Assembly: GCA_028534125.1 (NCBI GenBank)
Contig: CM052818.1
Coordinates: 12,836,001-12,900,000 of the forward strand
Direction: 5' to 3'
Source: Lama glama
Taxonomy: Eukaryota
DNA length: 64,000 nt
Of this stretch, positions 1 to 11,679 are shown piece after piece. Positions within the stretch are counted from its first letter, which is position 1. Each line of letters begins with the position of its first letter. Below the pieces are notes generated by a model. The model ran no database searches, was not told the DNA's origin, and saw nothing but the letters and a program-made list of their open reading frames with translations. Position numbers and translations under genes: made by a program.

Positions 1-379
1 GTCTGAAAGCCTGTGGACCATCTGTCCAGGGGGGACTCAGTCTACATGGGCACTGAAAGGCAAGAGTAGCCTCTAAAAAGACAGAAAATCAAAAAGGATG
101 GCTGCCTAATAACTAAAGCAGTTCTGTGAAGTATCAATTCAGACACGGAGGAAGCCCAGGCACCAAAGAAGCAGCACAGCTATCCTATGTAATTTATAGC
201 TTCTGGAGGGACAGAGAGCTCTCACACTAGGAAGGCAAACCCAAGCACACACTGAGCCCTGCACCACATCCCTCCCCATCATAAGCAGAGGCAAGCCCTG
301 TAGGAGGATAAACATGAGAGAAAAGCTGAGACACAGAAAGGTGAGATCCAGAAGTTTCAAGGCCCATCAATTATGTGTT

Positions 380-800
380 TCAGGGTGACAAATTCAAAGG
401 AAATGGACAGGAAGGAATAATAATAAATAAAGTCAAATAAAAACCCAAGTCTGATGATTGAATATAGTGTGAGTACAAAAGAAACCAGCACTGACAGACA
501 TATTATGGTGAATTTTCCAAAATTTAAATAGAAGAGAAGTCAACATTTTCTGTGGAGAAAAAGTAAAAAAAAAATCTACTGGCATGTGAACATCAAACTG
601 TCATCAGAATTTTTGTCAGTAACAGTCTCCAGAAAACTATGAAATCATGTCTTCAATATTTTAAGAAAAATAACTTAAAACCAGTATTCAAGCATAAGAA
701 CAGAATGAAAATATGCATAAGGATGTATAGGACTAAGAATATTTAGACTTTTTATAAAAATATTACTAAAGAGAATTTCTTTAAACAAAACAACAATAAA
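380..800 (+). mobile_element. Very old L1 (L1ME/HAL1-type) ORF1 C-terminal remnant
   Basis: catcaaactgtcatcagaattt...ccagaaaactatgaaatcatgtcttcaatattttaagaaaaa resembles the DNA for the ORF1 motif IRLSADFS...ARRQW..IFKVL; highly degenerate. Confidence 0.45.
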
Positions 801-2699
801 ATTTCAAGAGATGAAAGCATAGGAACAAAGAAATTTTAAAGAAAAATAAATTGATCTTTAGACCAGAAAAGGTGGCGAAGGTGGGACCCCTAGGCTAAAC
901 CTAAAAATTGCACTTGCACAATATATGAGAAAAAATCAAAATACAGAATAAAAATCACAAATGATGTTAATAGGAGAGCTAGTAATGATGAAAGGAGTGG
1001 GACTAGTCAAAAATAGGTTGGCTTTTTATTTTCCATCTCAGTTGAAAGAAATCATCATTCAAATTTTTATGATCTAGTGAGTATAAAACTCTCCATCCTG
1101 ACCCATTGTTCATCTGTTTCATGAATGTACCTAAAGGTCAGTGAGATGGTAACTTCAGAGCCCACATCATTGCTTAAACCATAAGATGGTACACACACTC
1201 CCAAAATCCTGACTGGAGTCACAAGGGAGACATGTTCAACACCCACCACTCACTGTGAGCTCAGCTGGATCAAATGGAAATGAGATGGCTTTTTTATTCT
1301 AGCCTTCAGGTGAGCAGTAACTAAGACCAGAGAGAAGGATCTCCTTGTATGTTATCTCAGAGATCGCCTTCATTTTTAAAAATATAACACTGGAATGTGG
1401 ATAAAGAGGAGAAACAGCCCACCTTCATTATTTACTATCACATCACTCACCTTTATCATTAGAGATTTAATGGTGTACAAGACCATTGTGTATAGGACCA
1501 TCTGCTAAAAAATCATTAGATTCACTCATCATTGTTAGTCTTTGCATTAACAAGAAGATATTTTGATTTTTTAAAATCAATCTAGCTGCAGTAGTAAAAT
1601 CAATAAGAATCTTAACTAATAAGGAGTCCAGCAATGAGTTCTTAATAATACCAAATGCTTCTCACAGAGAGTCTTTGAGAAATAAATGTATACACTGCCT
1701 CCCAAGAGATGACAAAATAACTCTTACAAGAAGAATTAGCAATGACTAGAAATTTCTCATAAGGGAAGAATTATTCAGGTCTCCTAAAGGAGTTAAGTCA
1801 AGGCTAAAAGAGTCTGGGGTCAAAGCCTAGGATGGAAGATAGCCATTCTCACCTCCATTTTCATGAAGTAATGCTTCTACATGGGTCAGATCTCCATTCG
1901 CCCCAACTGTAAAACAGTGAGACACCCAGTCCTCTGTGGACAGATGAGATCTTTTTACTTCACCCCTATCCCATTTCCATCTCTTCCTTTTATCCCCATC
2001 ATCCCTCTCTCTTCTCAACCTTATTCTGAAGAGGTTTTCTGACATCACAGTGAGCACAAGTTATGCTATGACATTCATCTCTTCAGTAAAAGAGACACTT
2101 TCTCTTCTTATGGCCTCATTATGCCTTTACTATATGTTGAATAATGTGAACAATCAGGGAATGTGACCTGGTGATGCAGATTCAAAAGAGAGGGTGTAAA
2201 ACTCAATTTGTCAGATTGAGCCTAACATAGGATAAAGTAGGATTCATGGGAGAGGAACAGGAAAAGACAAGTCCATGGGAGGGAATCTACCATGGCCCAG
2301 AGCACTAACCTCTGGATGCCAGGCATATTCCTTCCTGACTTTCTACTGGAAATTTTCTTGTTGGTGATGAACTATGACCTATCCTTTTCCAGGTTTTAAC
2401 CAGGATGCTAGATAGTATGGGTATGACTCATATTGATCACCAAAGTTCCCACATCTTCCCAGATATTTTACCAATGATATGCAGTTAGGGGCTAAGGTGG
2501 TACAACAGCATTTGCCTCATTCCTCCTTTTCATTCTTGCTTCAAGACTCAAGGGAAAAAGTGGTTTTCTGTACCATAAAGGATCCATGGTTCCATGAAAG
2601 CTCAAGAGAAAATTTGAGTAATTTAAGCAGACTCCCTCTTATTTTTCAGCCAGTGGAGGAGGGGGGACAGCTGTTATTTGGTTTTGGAAATTTCCTTTT

Positions 2700-3110
2700 T
2701 TATAGTAATAATGTTTTAAATTCTGACTATAAAAATAGACACGACCATTACAGAAATTTGAAAAACTACAGAAAAAAACTAAAGAAGAAAATTAAAATCA
2801 CTCATAATCTATTACTCAATGAAAATAATGATTACTATTCAATGCTCTTTCAATCTTTTTATTCATCAGTAATACACAAACACACATAACATATATTTAT
2901 AAAATTGGGATTAGTATGTCCATATAATTTTAACTCCATCATTTTCACTATTATATCATGATTATTTTTCCTTTTCCTTAAAATTTATTTAAATTTATTT
3001 TTATAGTGTTTCAATTGAATGCACTGTCGCTTACTGAACTAGGCATTTAGCACAGAAAGTTTTTATTTTCATTATAAACAACACTGCAGAAGACATCCTT
3101 CATTTTGCTC
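2700..3110 (-). mobile_element. Old L1ME-type 3' UTR fragment
   Basis: cagaaatttgaaaaactacagaaaaa...aaaatcactcataatc pattern typical of antisense L1ME 3' ends. Confidence 0.5.
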
Positions 3111-4799
3111 ACCTTAAACAAACACCATTTACACTCCTTAAACTGCTCTTACCAAGCTGCCAAGGAGCTAGACTGTCGCCACTGCCACCTCTTAGCAACA
3201 ACATACGAGGTGAAAAACTGTACCAGGAGAATAGCAAATGGTTCCTTCTGGAATTAGAGATGCTATTATTGCACGTTTGGAAGAAGGAAAAATATATAGG
3301 CTCTGTTTTGCAAAGTGATAGTTAATAATCAGATGTTGGGAACGTGCCCAGCAACTGTGATGGATGGTTGAATAGCAGCATGGTCAACTTTGAATAATCT
3401 TTATAATGAAGGCGAAATATGAGTGAGACAGGAAGGGAAAGATGTCAGATGAGTAATCTAAACAACAATCCCAATCAAAATGAAAAATCACTGATATCTG
3501 ATTTGAGGATAAATAACATCCCTTTAGGCAACAGGAACAATTCCCTAAATTCAGGCTTTAAGTAATAGTAATATAAACTAGAAATGCCTAAACTCACAAT
3601 CCTAGACACCATTATGGAAAATAGACCAGAGGAAGGAAGTTGGCTCAGGATTAAATTTATGCCTCCAGGTAAATATGCATCATGAATCATCAGCATGCAG
3701 ACAGCCTAGAGCCACTGTGTAATGCGACGTTGAAAAATAGCCACGCCACATTTTAATTGAAGCTGTGGAAAGAAAAGGATGTTCTAAGAAGTAGATTCTA
3801 AAAAGTTAGTCAGTGTTGAAGACAATAATAACAAAAGAAAGTAAAAGTGCAATCTCCAATGCATGCTGTACATGAGAAACAGTGTGTTTTAATCATTTAA
3901 AATCCAGATTATTTTATGAAAGACATGTTTTCCCAAAATATATAAACTGTTTGTTAGACAGGTGGAGTATTTTTCCCATTGAAACTAAGTTGAAAACGCT
4001 GGTATAGTACATATACTGGATTTCAACTTCTACTCAACACACAAGTTACTTCAAAGCAAAGTGTGGCGTTAGGTGTTTTCTTTGTATGTTAACATTCTTG
4101 TGGTGGTAATTTCACCTTGGCCTGCTAAGAGTGCAATGATCCTACCCCCACAACCTCAATCCAGAGGAACGCTGAGTCCTTGTCCAAAAACATGCCAAAT
4201 TTATGTTCTCCAAAGCACCCTCTTCCTTTCTGTCTGAGTACTCCAAGGTATGCACACCTTCTTCCTTTCCCGTGGCTACTATCAATTACTCCCATATGTG
4301 ATTTCTTTTCTATGGTAAACTGATAAACGTTCAACAACAGACTCTTTAAGAAAAAATATGCATATATGCATACGTGTACAAAAATCCTTTACCAATTTAA
4401 AGGATGTATAGCACACAATTTACAAATAATAAAAATAATATAAGTCCACATAACCAATCGATTCTCACAGGTTTTGGCTGATTTTTGCCAAACTCTGCTG
4501 TCCATAACCAACTTATTATTGTAACTGATAAACAAGTATAGTTCTGACCTAAATACTGGATGATATTTTCATGTACATTAATGAGTAACAAGAAAGTGAA
4601 ACACAGAAGACATATATCAGAATGGTACTCATTCATCAAGGATGCTAGTAGCTTTCATGCCAAATGGCATAATAGTTTAAATATTGGGAAATTTTCTGAA
4701 TTTTTTTGTGCTATTCACAATGTAATGAATACAGATACAACATATTTCTAATTAAAAATGCATTATAACCATTTTAGCATTGTCTTCTAAAACCTGGAC

Positions 4800-4880
4800 T
4801 TAAGATCAGCAAACCTTGGCTGATGGGCCAGATTTGGGCAGCCTGCTGTTTTGATAAATGGTTTTATTGATACAAAGGTA
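4800..4880. mobile_element. MER58-like hAT-Charlie MITE end fragment
   Basis: cagcaaaccttggctgatgggccagatttgggcagcctgctgttttgataaatggttttattg resembles a MER58 terminus. Confidence 0.55.
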
Positions 4881-4884
4881 CAAA

Positions 4885-5302
4885 AACAATTTGCCAATTT
4901 CTGGTCTAGATAATCAATAAAACAATAAATTAAGCCTTGTTGTGCAATATTTACTGATTTCTGTGGCATGAATACTACCCCCATGGCCAAATTGAAGTTA
5001 CTAACCTGACCATGGAATTGAGAGAACATGTACAAGAGCATACTATTGTATAATATTTCTACCAGGGATATATGATACATATAAATAACCCTGATCATAT
5101 ATAATTGTAACATACAATGAAATAATTAGGAAGTGGTAAGTTTTGAGTATTTATTACCTTTGTTTTTAACATAAGTTATTTAATTATATTTATATAATTT
5201 AATCTTTCATAATGGCTGAGTTTAATGGCCAGCTTTCATATTTCATGAAAATCTAACAGTTGGCTCTGTGGGCCAAAAGGAGCCAGCTGCAGCACACCTC
5301 TG
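4885..5302. mobile_element. MER63-like hAT-Blackjack DNA transposon
   Basis: Terminal ggagccagctgcagcacacctctg plus internal aataattaggaagtggtaagttttgagtatttattacctttgttttt match recalled MER63 consensus. Confidence 0.7.
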
Positions 5303-6149
5303 GTTTTACTCCCACTGCCCTCGCCTCACAACTGCTCATCTGCATTCCTGTCCCTCAACTAAATCCATCATTTTGGAGTTTTATTAGGGAAGAAAAGGCT
5401 CTTGATATGCTAATTAAGAAAATATAGACAGTCATTTAAAGAACTTTTTCTACTTCATTCTCTATCTTTTACTCTTTGCAGTTAAACTCAACAGGGAAAT
5501 TAAAGTCCACATGAAAGGGATCAAGCCTTAAATTTGAGCATTGATCTGAAGGAGCTGGACTCAAGTTAGGTGGACTAAGGTAAAAGAACTGGAGAGAAAG
5601 AACCAAAGAACCAGATGTCAAAATGTGGTTTGTCTAGGGTGTTAGGGGGACTGGACAGGGGCAACCAGAATGCACAGGTGAGATGGGGGGCCAGGTGTCT
5701 ACAAGGGCTAATCCTCCCCACCCTGCTAGACCTGAAGAAAAGTCAGAAGTTGGGCAAATCAAGAGAAATAAACTGGAAGTTCAAATGTACAACATCAGCA
5801 ATACGGAAGTAAAGGAAGTCACAACAGTAGTGGGTCTGGGGTCCATAAGCAACATGGTGAATGTAAACAAAACTCAAACACTAAAAAGCGACTATGCTGC
5901 TAGGTTACCATGATTCTACCAAAGCAATTATGGTGGCTGAAGTGAGGATACTTAATTTTCTCTTTCACACTCAGTGAGACATAATATTTAGGCAAAACCA
6001 AGATCCTCCCTGGAGGCTCTATTACACTTTGTCTCTACCGTCCTCCTTCCTAATTTAATAGGGGTTTTCTCCAGGTTTTAAAATATTTAGATTAGTGTTT
6101 TCTGGAGTGCACTGCACAAAGCCCTAAGCTCTAAAGCCATGAGTCATTT

Positions 6150-6335
6150 TATGCCTCTGTGCAAAAAGATATTGTGTGACTAAATAAATTTGGGCAATGT
6201 TAAAATATATGTTTTTTTCCTCTGTAGACTATGTACATTAGTAATAACAAATATTCTGAGAAATCTAGTAGCAAACACAACAACAAAAAAAACTAGTTTT
6301 GTTCTCCAAAATACATATTGGAAAATGCTGAGCTA
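6150..6335. mobile_element. Degenerate hAT-Charlie MITE (MER103/MER112-like)
   Basis: aaataaatttgggcaatg...tacattagtaataacaaatattctgagaaatc...ttggaaaatgctgagctag. Confidence 0.45.
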
Positions 6336-6458
6336 GATTCTTAAAGGTGGTCTATGGAGCCAACCTCACCTAAACAGATGTGCTGTACTCAGACATCACA
6401 GGGCCACCGGCAAACACTTCCCCAACACAAGACATCTTTCTTTACTCAGCTTTATATT

Positions 6459-6461
<3 letters not shown>

Positions 6462-6492
<31 letters not shown>
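6462..6492. repeat. (CA)n microsatellite
   Basis: Directly visible. Confidence 0.95.
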
Positions 6493-6496
<4 letters not shown>

Positions 6497-7673
6497 CTCT
6501 GATATATATTCACAATGGGTGTTTAATAAATTAGTATCTGAGAGTCATATCTGAGGCAAAGTGAAATAATGGGACACCAGATCTGTGGCCTGCTGGACAG
6601 TGCTTGAGTCATAATACATGGGTCCTAATACTTGGCTCAGGATTATAATGAGGACTGAATGAGATCTGACTCTAAGTCAGCAGTCATCTTCAAATATGAA
6701 AGGTGCCACTGTCTACCAAAGCAGTTACTTAAGTTGTCTTTACTAGAAATGCCTTAAAAATTGAGATACGGTCCCTGAAGAAGTTCCCTGATCCAAAATG
6801 TAATACTGGTGAGCTTAGTACTTAATATACATCCCTGACATAGGACCTTTGATATGTAAATTACTCATACTCCCTTTGAGAATCATTACGAATGATCATT
6901 CCAGAACAACCCATATGCAGACACGCCACCTGTCAGGTCCTGCAAGGCCTCTCTTCGACAGGTACAAGAATTCTGACATATGGTGTTTGTCACAAACAAA
7001 TGCTTCACCACTTAAATATGGGACTTGAACACTCCTGAGTCAAGAACAGCAGGAAGTCAGTTACCAAGTGAGGGGCTTTTGGAAGAGAGGGTAATTCTGA
7101 AAATCTATAGACAATAATCATGGTGAGAATGGCCAAGAGGAAAATAAATATGTATAAATGCTAACCAATTCAAAAGCTAATATGGAGGGCCTTCCCCAGT
7201 GATTACAGCCTAAAATTAGTAGAGGTAATTAATGTCTGCTTTCTGAAAATCAAGTTTGATATACTAGTTTCAACCAAAAGGAAGGTTTCTGAGCACAATA
7301 TGAGGATGAAAAAATTGGGAAACCAAGAAGAGAGGGTAAGAGCAGGCATAGAATGCTGTTGGCCACCAAGACACAGCTTCTCCACTTCATACAATTATTT
7401 TCACTAGATACTAGGAGTTAGCCAGCTAGACAACACTGGGTCATAGCTAAGAAGGCTTCTTTATTGGAGTTAAGGTAAGCGAGTGAATTATTACTTACTA
7501 CTGACAAATACTTCGGATCAGACCAGATCATCAGAGCCACTCACAATTTTTGTAAACCTAGATGACCATGAGAAAATTCTGCTTTTATAAACAGTTGTTT
7601 ACAAAATGATTAATAGCCAAGAAAGGTAGGTAATCAAAGCATTCACTGAGGATTGAAAAAGTCTTAAGTATCA

Positions 7674-8045
7674 GTATCACTTATATGTGGAACTAAAAAA
7701 AAAAGTCCAACTCATAGAAATAGTAGAAAAGTGGTTGCTGGGGTTAGAAACAGGGAGAGAGGCTGGTAAAAGGATATAAACTTTCAGCTGTAAGATGAAT
7801 AAGGTCTGAGGGTTTAATGTATAACATGGTGACTATAGTTGATAATTCTGTATTGTACAACTGAAATTCGCCAAGAGAGTAGAACTAAAAAGTGCTCAAA
7901 AAAGATAAGTATGTGAGGTGATAGATGTGTTTTAATTAGATGGGGGCAATCCTTTCACAATGTATATGTACATCAAATTGCCACAACATACACTTCAACA
8001 ACTTACAATTTTATTTGTCAACTATGGTTCAATAAAGCTGAAATT
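7674..8045 (+). mobile_element. Older L1 3' end (L1MA9-like); its poly(A) tail continues at 9060-9080 after a nested insertion
   Basis: Typical L1MA 3' UTR ending aataaagctgaaatt; degenerate TSD gaaaaagtcttaagtatca (7655-7673) / gaaaaagcctgagtatca (9081-9098). Confidence 0.8.
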
Positions 8046-9047
8046 CAGGATGACACCTGCACCCCAATGTTCATAGCAGCACTATTTACAATAGCCAAAA
8101 CATGGAAACAACCTAAATGTCCATCAACAGGTGACTGGATAAAGAAGAGGTGGTATATTTATACAATGGAATACTACTCAGCCATAAAAACCGACAACAT
8201 AATGCCATTTGCAGCAACATGAATGCTCCTGGAGAATGTCATTCTAAGTGAAGTAAGCCAGAAAGAGAAAGAAAAATACCATATGAGATCGCTCATATGT
8301 GGAATCTAAAAAACAAAAACAAACAAACAAACAAAAACAAAGCATAAATACAGGACAGAAATAGACTCATGGACAGAGAATACAGACTTGTGGTTACGGG
8401 GGGGGNNNNNNNNNNNNNNNNNNNNNNNNNNNNNNNNNNNNNNNNNNNNNNNNNNNNNNNNNNNNNNNNNNNNNNNNNNNNNNNNNNNNNNNNNNNNNNN
8501 NNNNNNNNNNNNNNNNNNNNNNNNNNNNNNNNNNNNNNNNNNNNNNNNNNNNNNNNNNNNNNNNNNNNNNNNNNNNNNNNNNNNNNNNNNNNNNNNNNNN
8601 NNNNNNNNNNNNNNNNNNNNNNNNNNNNNNNNNNNNNNNNNNNNNNNNNNNNNNNNNNNNNNNNNNNNNNNNNNNNNNNNNNNNNNNNNNNNNNNNNNNN
8701 NNNNNNNNNNNNNNNNNNNNNNNNNNNNNNNNNNNNNNNNNNNNNNNNNNNNNNNNNNNNNNNNNNNNNNNNNNNNNNNNNNNNNNNNNNNNNNNNNNNN
8801 NNNNNNNNNNNNNNNNNNNNNNNNNNNNNNNNNNNNNNNNNNNNNNNNNNNNNNNNNNNNNNNNNNNNNNNNNNNNNNNNNNNNNNNNNNNNNNNNNNNN
8901 NNNNNGGGGGGGGCGGGGTAGAGGGTGGGAAGGGATAGACTGGGATTTCAAAATTGTAGAATAGATAAACAAGATTACACTGTATAGCACAGGGAAATAT
9001 ACACAAAATGTTATGATAAATCACAGAGAAAAAAATGTGGAAAAAAA
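8046..9047 (+). mobile_element. Young lineage-specific 5'-truncated L1 (ORF2 C-terminus and 3' UTR), interrupted by an assembly gap
   Basis: Aligns by eye with 26960-27447; exact TSD aaagctgaaatt at 8034-8045 and 9048-9059. Confidence 0.9.
8406..8905. other. Assembly gap (500 N)
   Basis: N run flanked by G runs. Confidence 1.
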
Positions 9048-11619
9048 AAAGCTGAAATTAAAAAAAAAAAAACAAAACAGGAAAAAGCCTGAGTATCATA
9101 TTGTAGACACATAGAAGCCTCATTACTTTAAAGAGACAGAAACACATTTGCTGACTTTGTAATGACCAGCAATGCAAGGCTGTCCTCGGAAAGTAACCTG
9201 CTTGATGGCCCAGCTATTCTCAATTACATCTTAGGGAAATCTTAGAGAGTCTTAGACTATGACCTTATGCTACTAAAGAAAAACTAACAGGTACTTTATG
9301 GAATAAATAAATAAAAAGCCTTACTTATTCAAAAACATGACCCAATCTGGTAAAATATGCTTTGGTTAAATGTTCACTGTGGAAGTTGGCTGCTGTCATT
9401 TTTCAAAGGGCTGAGGAATGAAATTACTAAATCTTGGGAAAATGCCTTTGGAGATTTTGATGCAAACTCTCACTCTCAAAGTTGAAAACATACATGGGAA
9501 ATAGAGAATATTATCAATATGCTTTCCTCTGACTGAAAGCAGCAGCAGTGTCACCTATCTGAAAGCGAGCATTTTAAATTAATATTTCATGACCCCATTT
9601 TAAACAGCTTCTATTATCATCTTTCCATGTTGGAGCCCTGACTTTTAACAATGCAGCTGTTACATTTATTTATATCATTGTGACCCTGTGGCTGAGAGAT
9701 GAGTTTCTATGGCACATCAACTTTACATCTGCATACCCAGATACACTATTAGCAGTGAGTTCAACACACAATCATGATCAAGATTTGAGAATAAAAGAAA
9801 CGCAATTCATTCTAGGTATACTTACGAAGTGAATCACATTTATTCAAATTCTCCAGGTTTACATAGAGCAAAATTGAGAAGAAAAAAAAAAAAAGAAGAC
9901 CTCAAGGCTATTCCTCAGATCACAAAGAAAAATACACTGAAAAACCAAATAGGAATAGACATATCAATGACCAACTGATCATTCAGAGGCCACAAAAGGT
10001 TGTCACTTGAGCCCTCAGGGCTAGGCCTGTGCTGTGAAATAAAAGATAAGATGTACAACACGGAACAAAAAAATAAGACATAAACCCATGAAAGTACAGA
10101 AAATAATACTGTCCAAATCCAAAATGCTTGAGTAAACAAATATGAAAACAAGAGTGCCACAAACCCAGATTTAAATTATGAAATGGGCCAAATAAAGTTA
10201 CAAAGCCTACCCAATTGAAGAGGTATAATAGAACTGGTGCTACCTGTTTTTAGAGGAATAGCGAAACCAATTGGCAAGGGGTGTGGATATATGGAAGTTT
10301 AAATAAATGAGGCAATCATTGCAATCTACCACATATGCTGATAATGTATGAGTGTTTTAGCATACCAGATAATGTAGGCACTACAGCTTCGATCTCATCC
10401 TCTAGTGCTCATCAAAGTAAACTTAGTGCTAATATTCCTATCATTATTTCATTCTTTAAAAGTTTTATTAGAAGGAAGAGGTATATGATTTTTCTTATAA
10501 ATTTTATATAATTATATAGCTTTCTTCTTAAAAGCAGAACTTAGGAAATTTGAGCATAAAGCAAAAGCAAATAGAAGAGGTCAAGTTCAATTTGCAGACT
10601 ATCATTTCCTCTGTTCTCTTAACCAAACCTATACAATTAAAAAACATAAAGATCCAATTTTACACTTACTATAATCTCAAATCTAAACTATTGATATTTG
10701 AAATGAATACAATTAAAAGTTTCTTTATTTTAATATTACAGTAAAAAAAATTAATATTAAGTATTGGACATCTCCCTCAACAGAACTCATCAAATTTCCA
10801 TCCACAAATCCCCTTCCCATCTCAAACTTTGCTCTCATTTATATTAAATGATAAATATTTCTTACTTAGATGGGTAGTTTTCAGAATCAACAAAATTCAA
10901 AGAACATTTATAACTGATCTCTTAGATACACCCTGAGAACATATCCTTGCTCTATTAAAATTGACATCTGTTTAAATGACCTTAGCAAGAGTTGCTTTGA
11001 AACAGGAACAGAAAAGAAAAGAAAGTTTCAGAAAATGTCACACCAAGTCAGTTGCTATTATATAGATAAACTTTGAGGCAGAGCATGGCTGGGGTAAAGA
11101 GCAAAATAATCAAATCCCACAAATTATTTATGTGAGTATCATTACACCTCCTTTGTTGGAGTCCAAAAATATAACAAGGTGATAAAACTGTTTTGTTAAA
11201 TGTGCCATGCAATTGGGCCAATGTTCCTATCTAGGTCAGATGTTATTCTGCTAGTTGGTAAGAAAATGGCAAAGTCAATATTGTTTATTATAATGAATAA
11301 GAAGTGTTCTAGATACATACACATGTCATATACACATATAACAAATGATTACTTTTGTAGTACAGAAATGAATGTAGGGCAGTTTTATAATACCGAAAGA
11401 GCAAAGTGGGATGCCAAGTGTATAATCTCTTCCTTTTTTCAAATTCAAAAATTTATGTTCTGTAGGTGTGCATTTTAGTAATGAATCTAAGGTATACCCC
11501 TTTTGGATCTATAGAAATGTCTAACTAAATACTGGCCACTAAATGAAAACTATATGAAACACACATACATAGCTTTGTGCCTATAAATAAATGTCTAGAG
11601 AGAGATATTAAAAACAGAT

Positions 11620-11678
11620 TTATCAATTCAATGAATATTTATTACATAATTACCATGTGCCAAATGTTCTAGGTGCTA
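11620..11678 (-). mobile_element. L2 3' end fragment
   Basis: attcaatgaatatttatt...taccatgtgccaaatgttctaggtgct. Confidence 0.6.
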
Positions 11679-11679
11679 A

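Noticed and set aside
2479..2889. 136-aa plus-strand ORF
   Set aside because: Second half is an old A-rich L1 3' UTR remnant; no homology recognised.
7500..7545. C/D-box-like motifs (TGATGA...CTGA) on the minus strand
   Set aside because: Boxes are only a few nucleotides apart and no terminal stem of snoRNA size was seen.
8293..9024. Long ORFs spanning the first N gap
   Set aside because: Almost entirely X from Ns; artefact.
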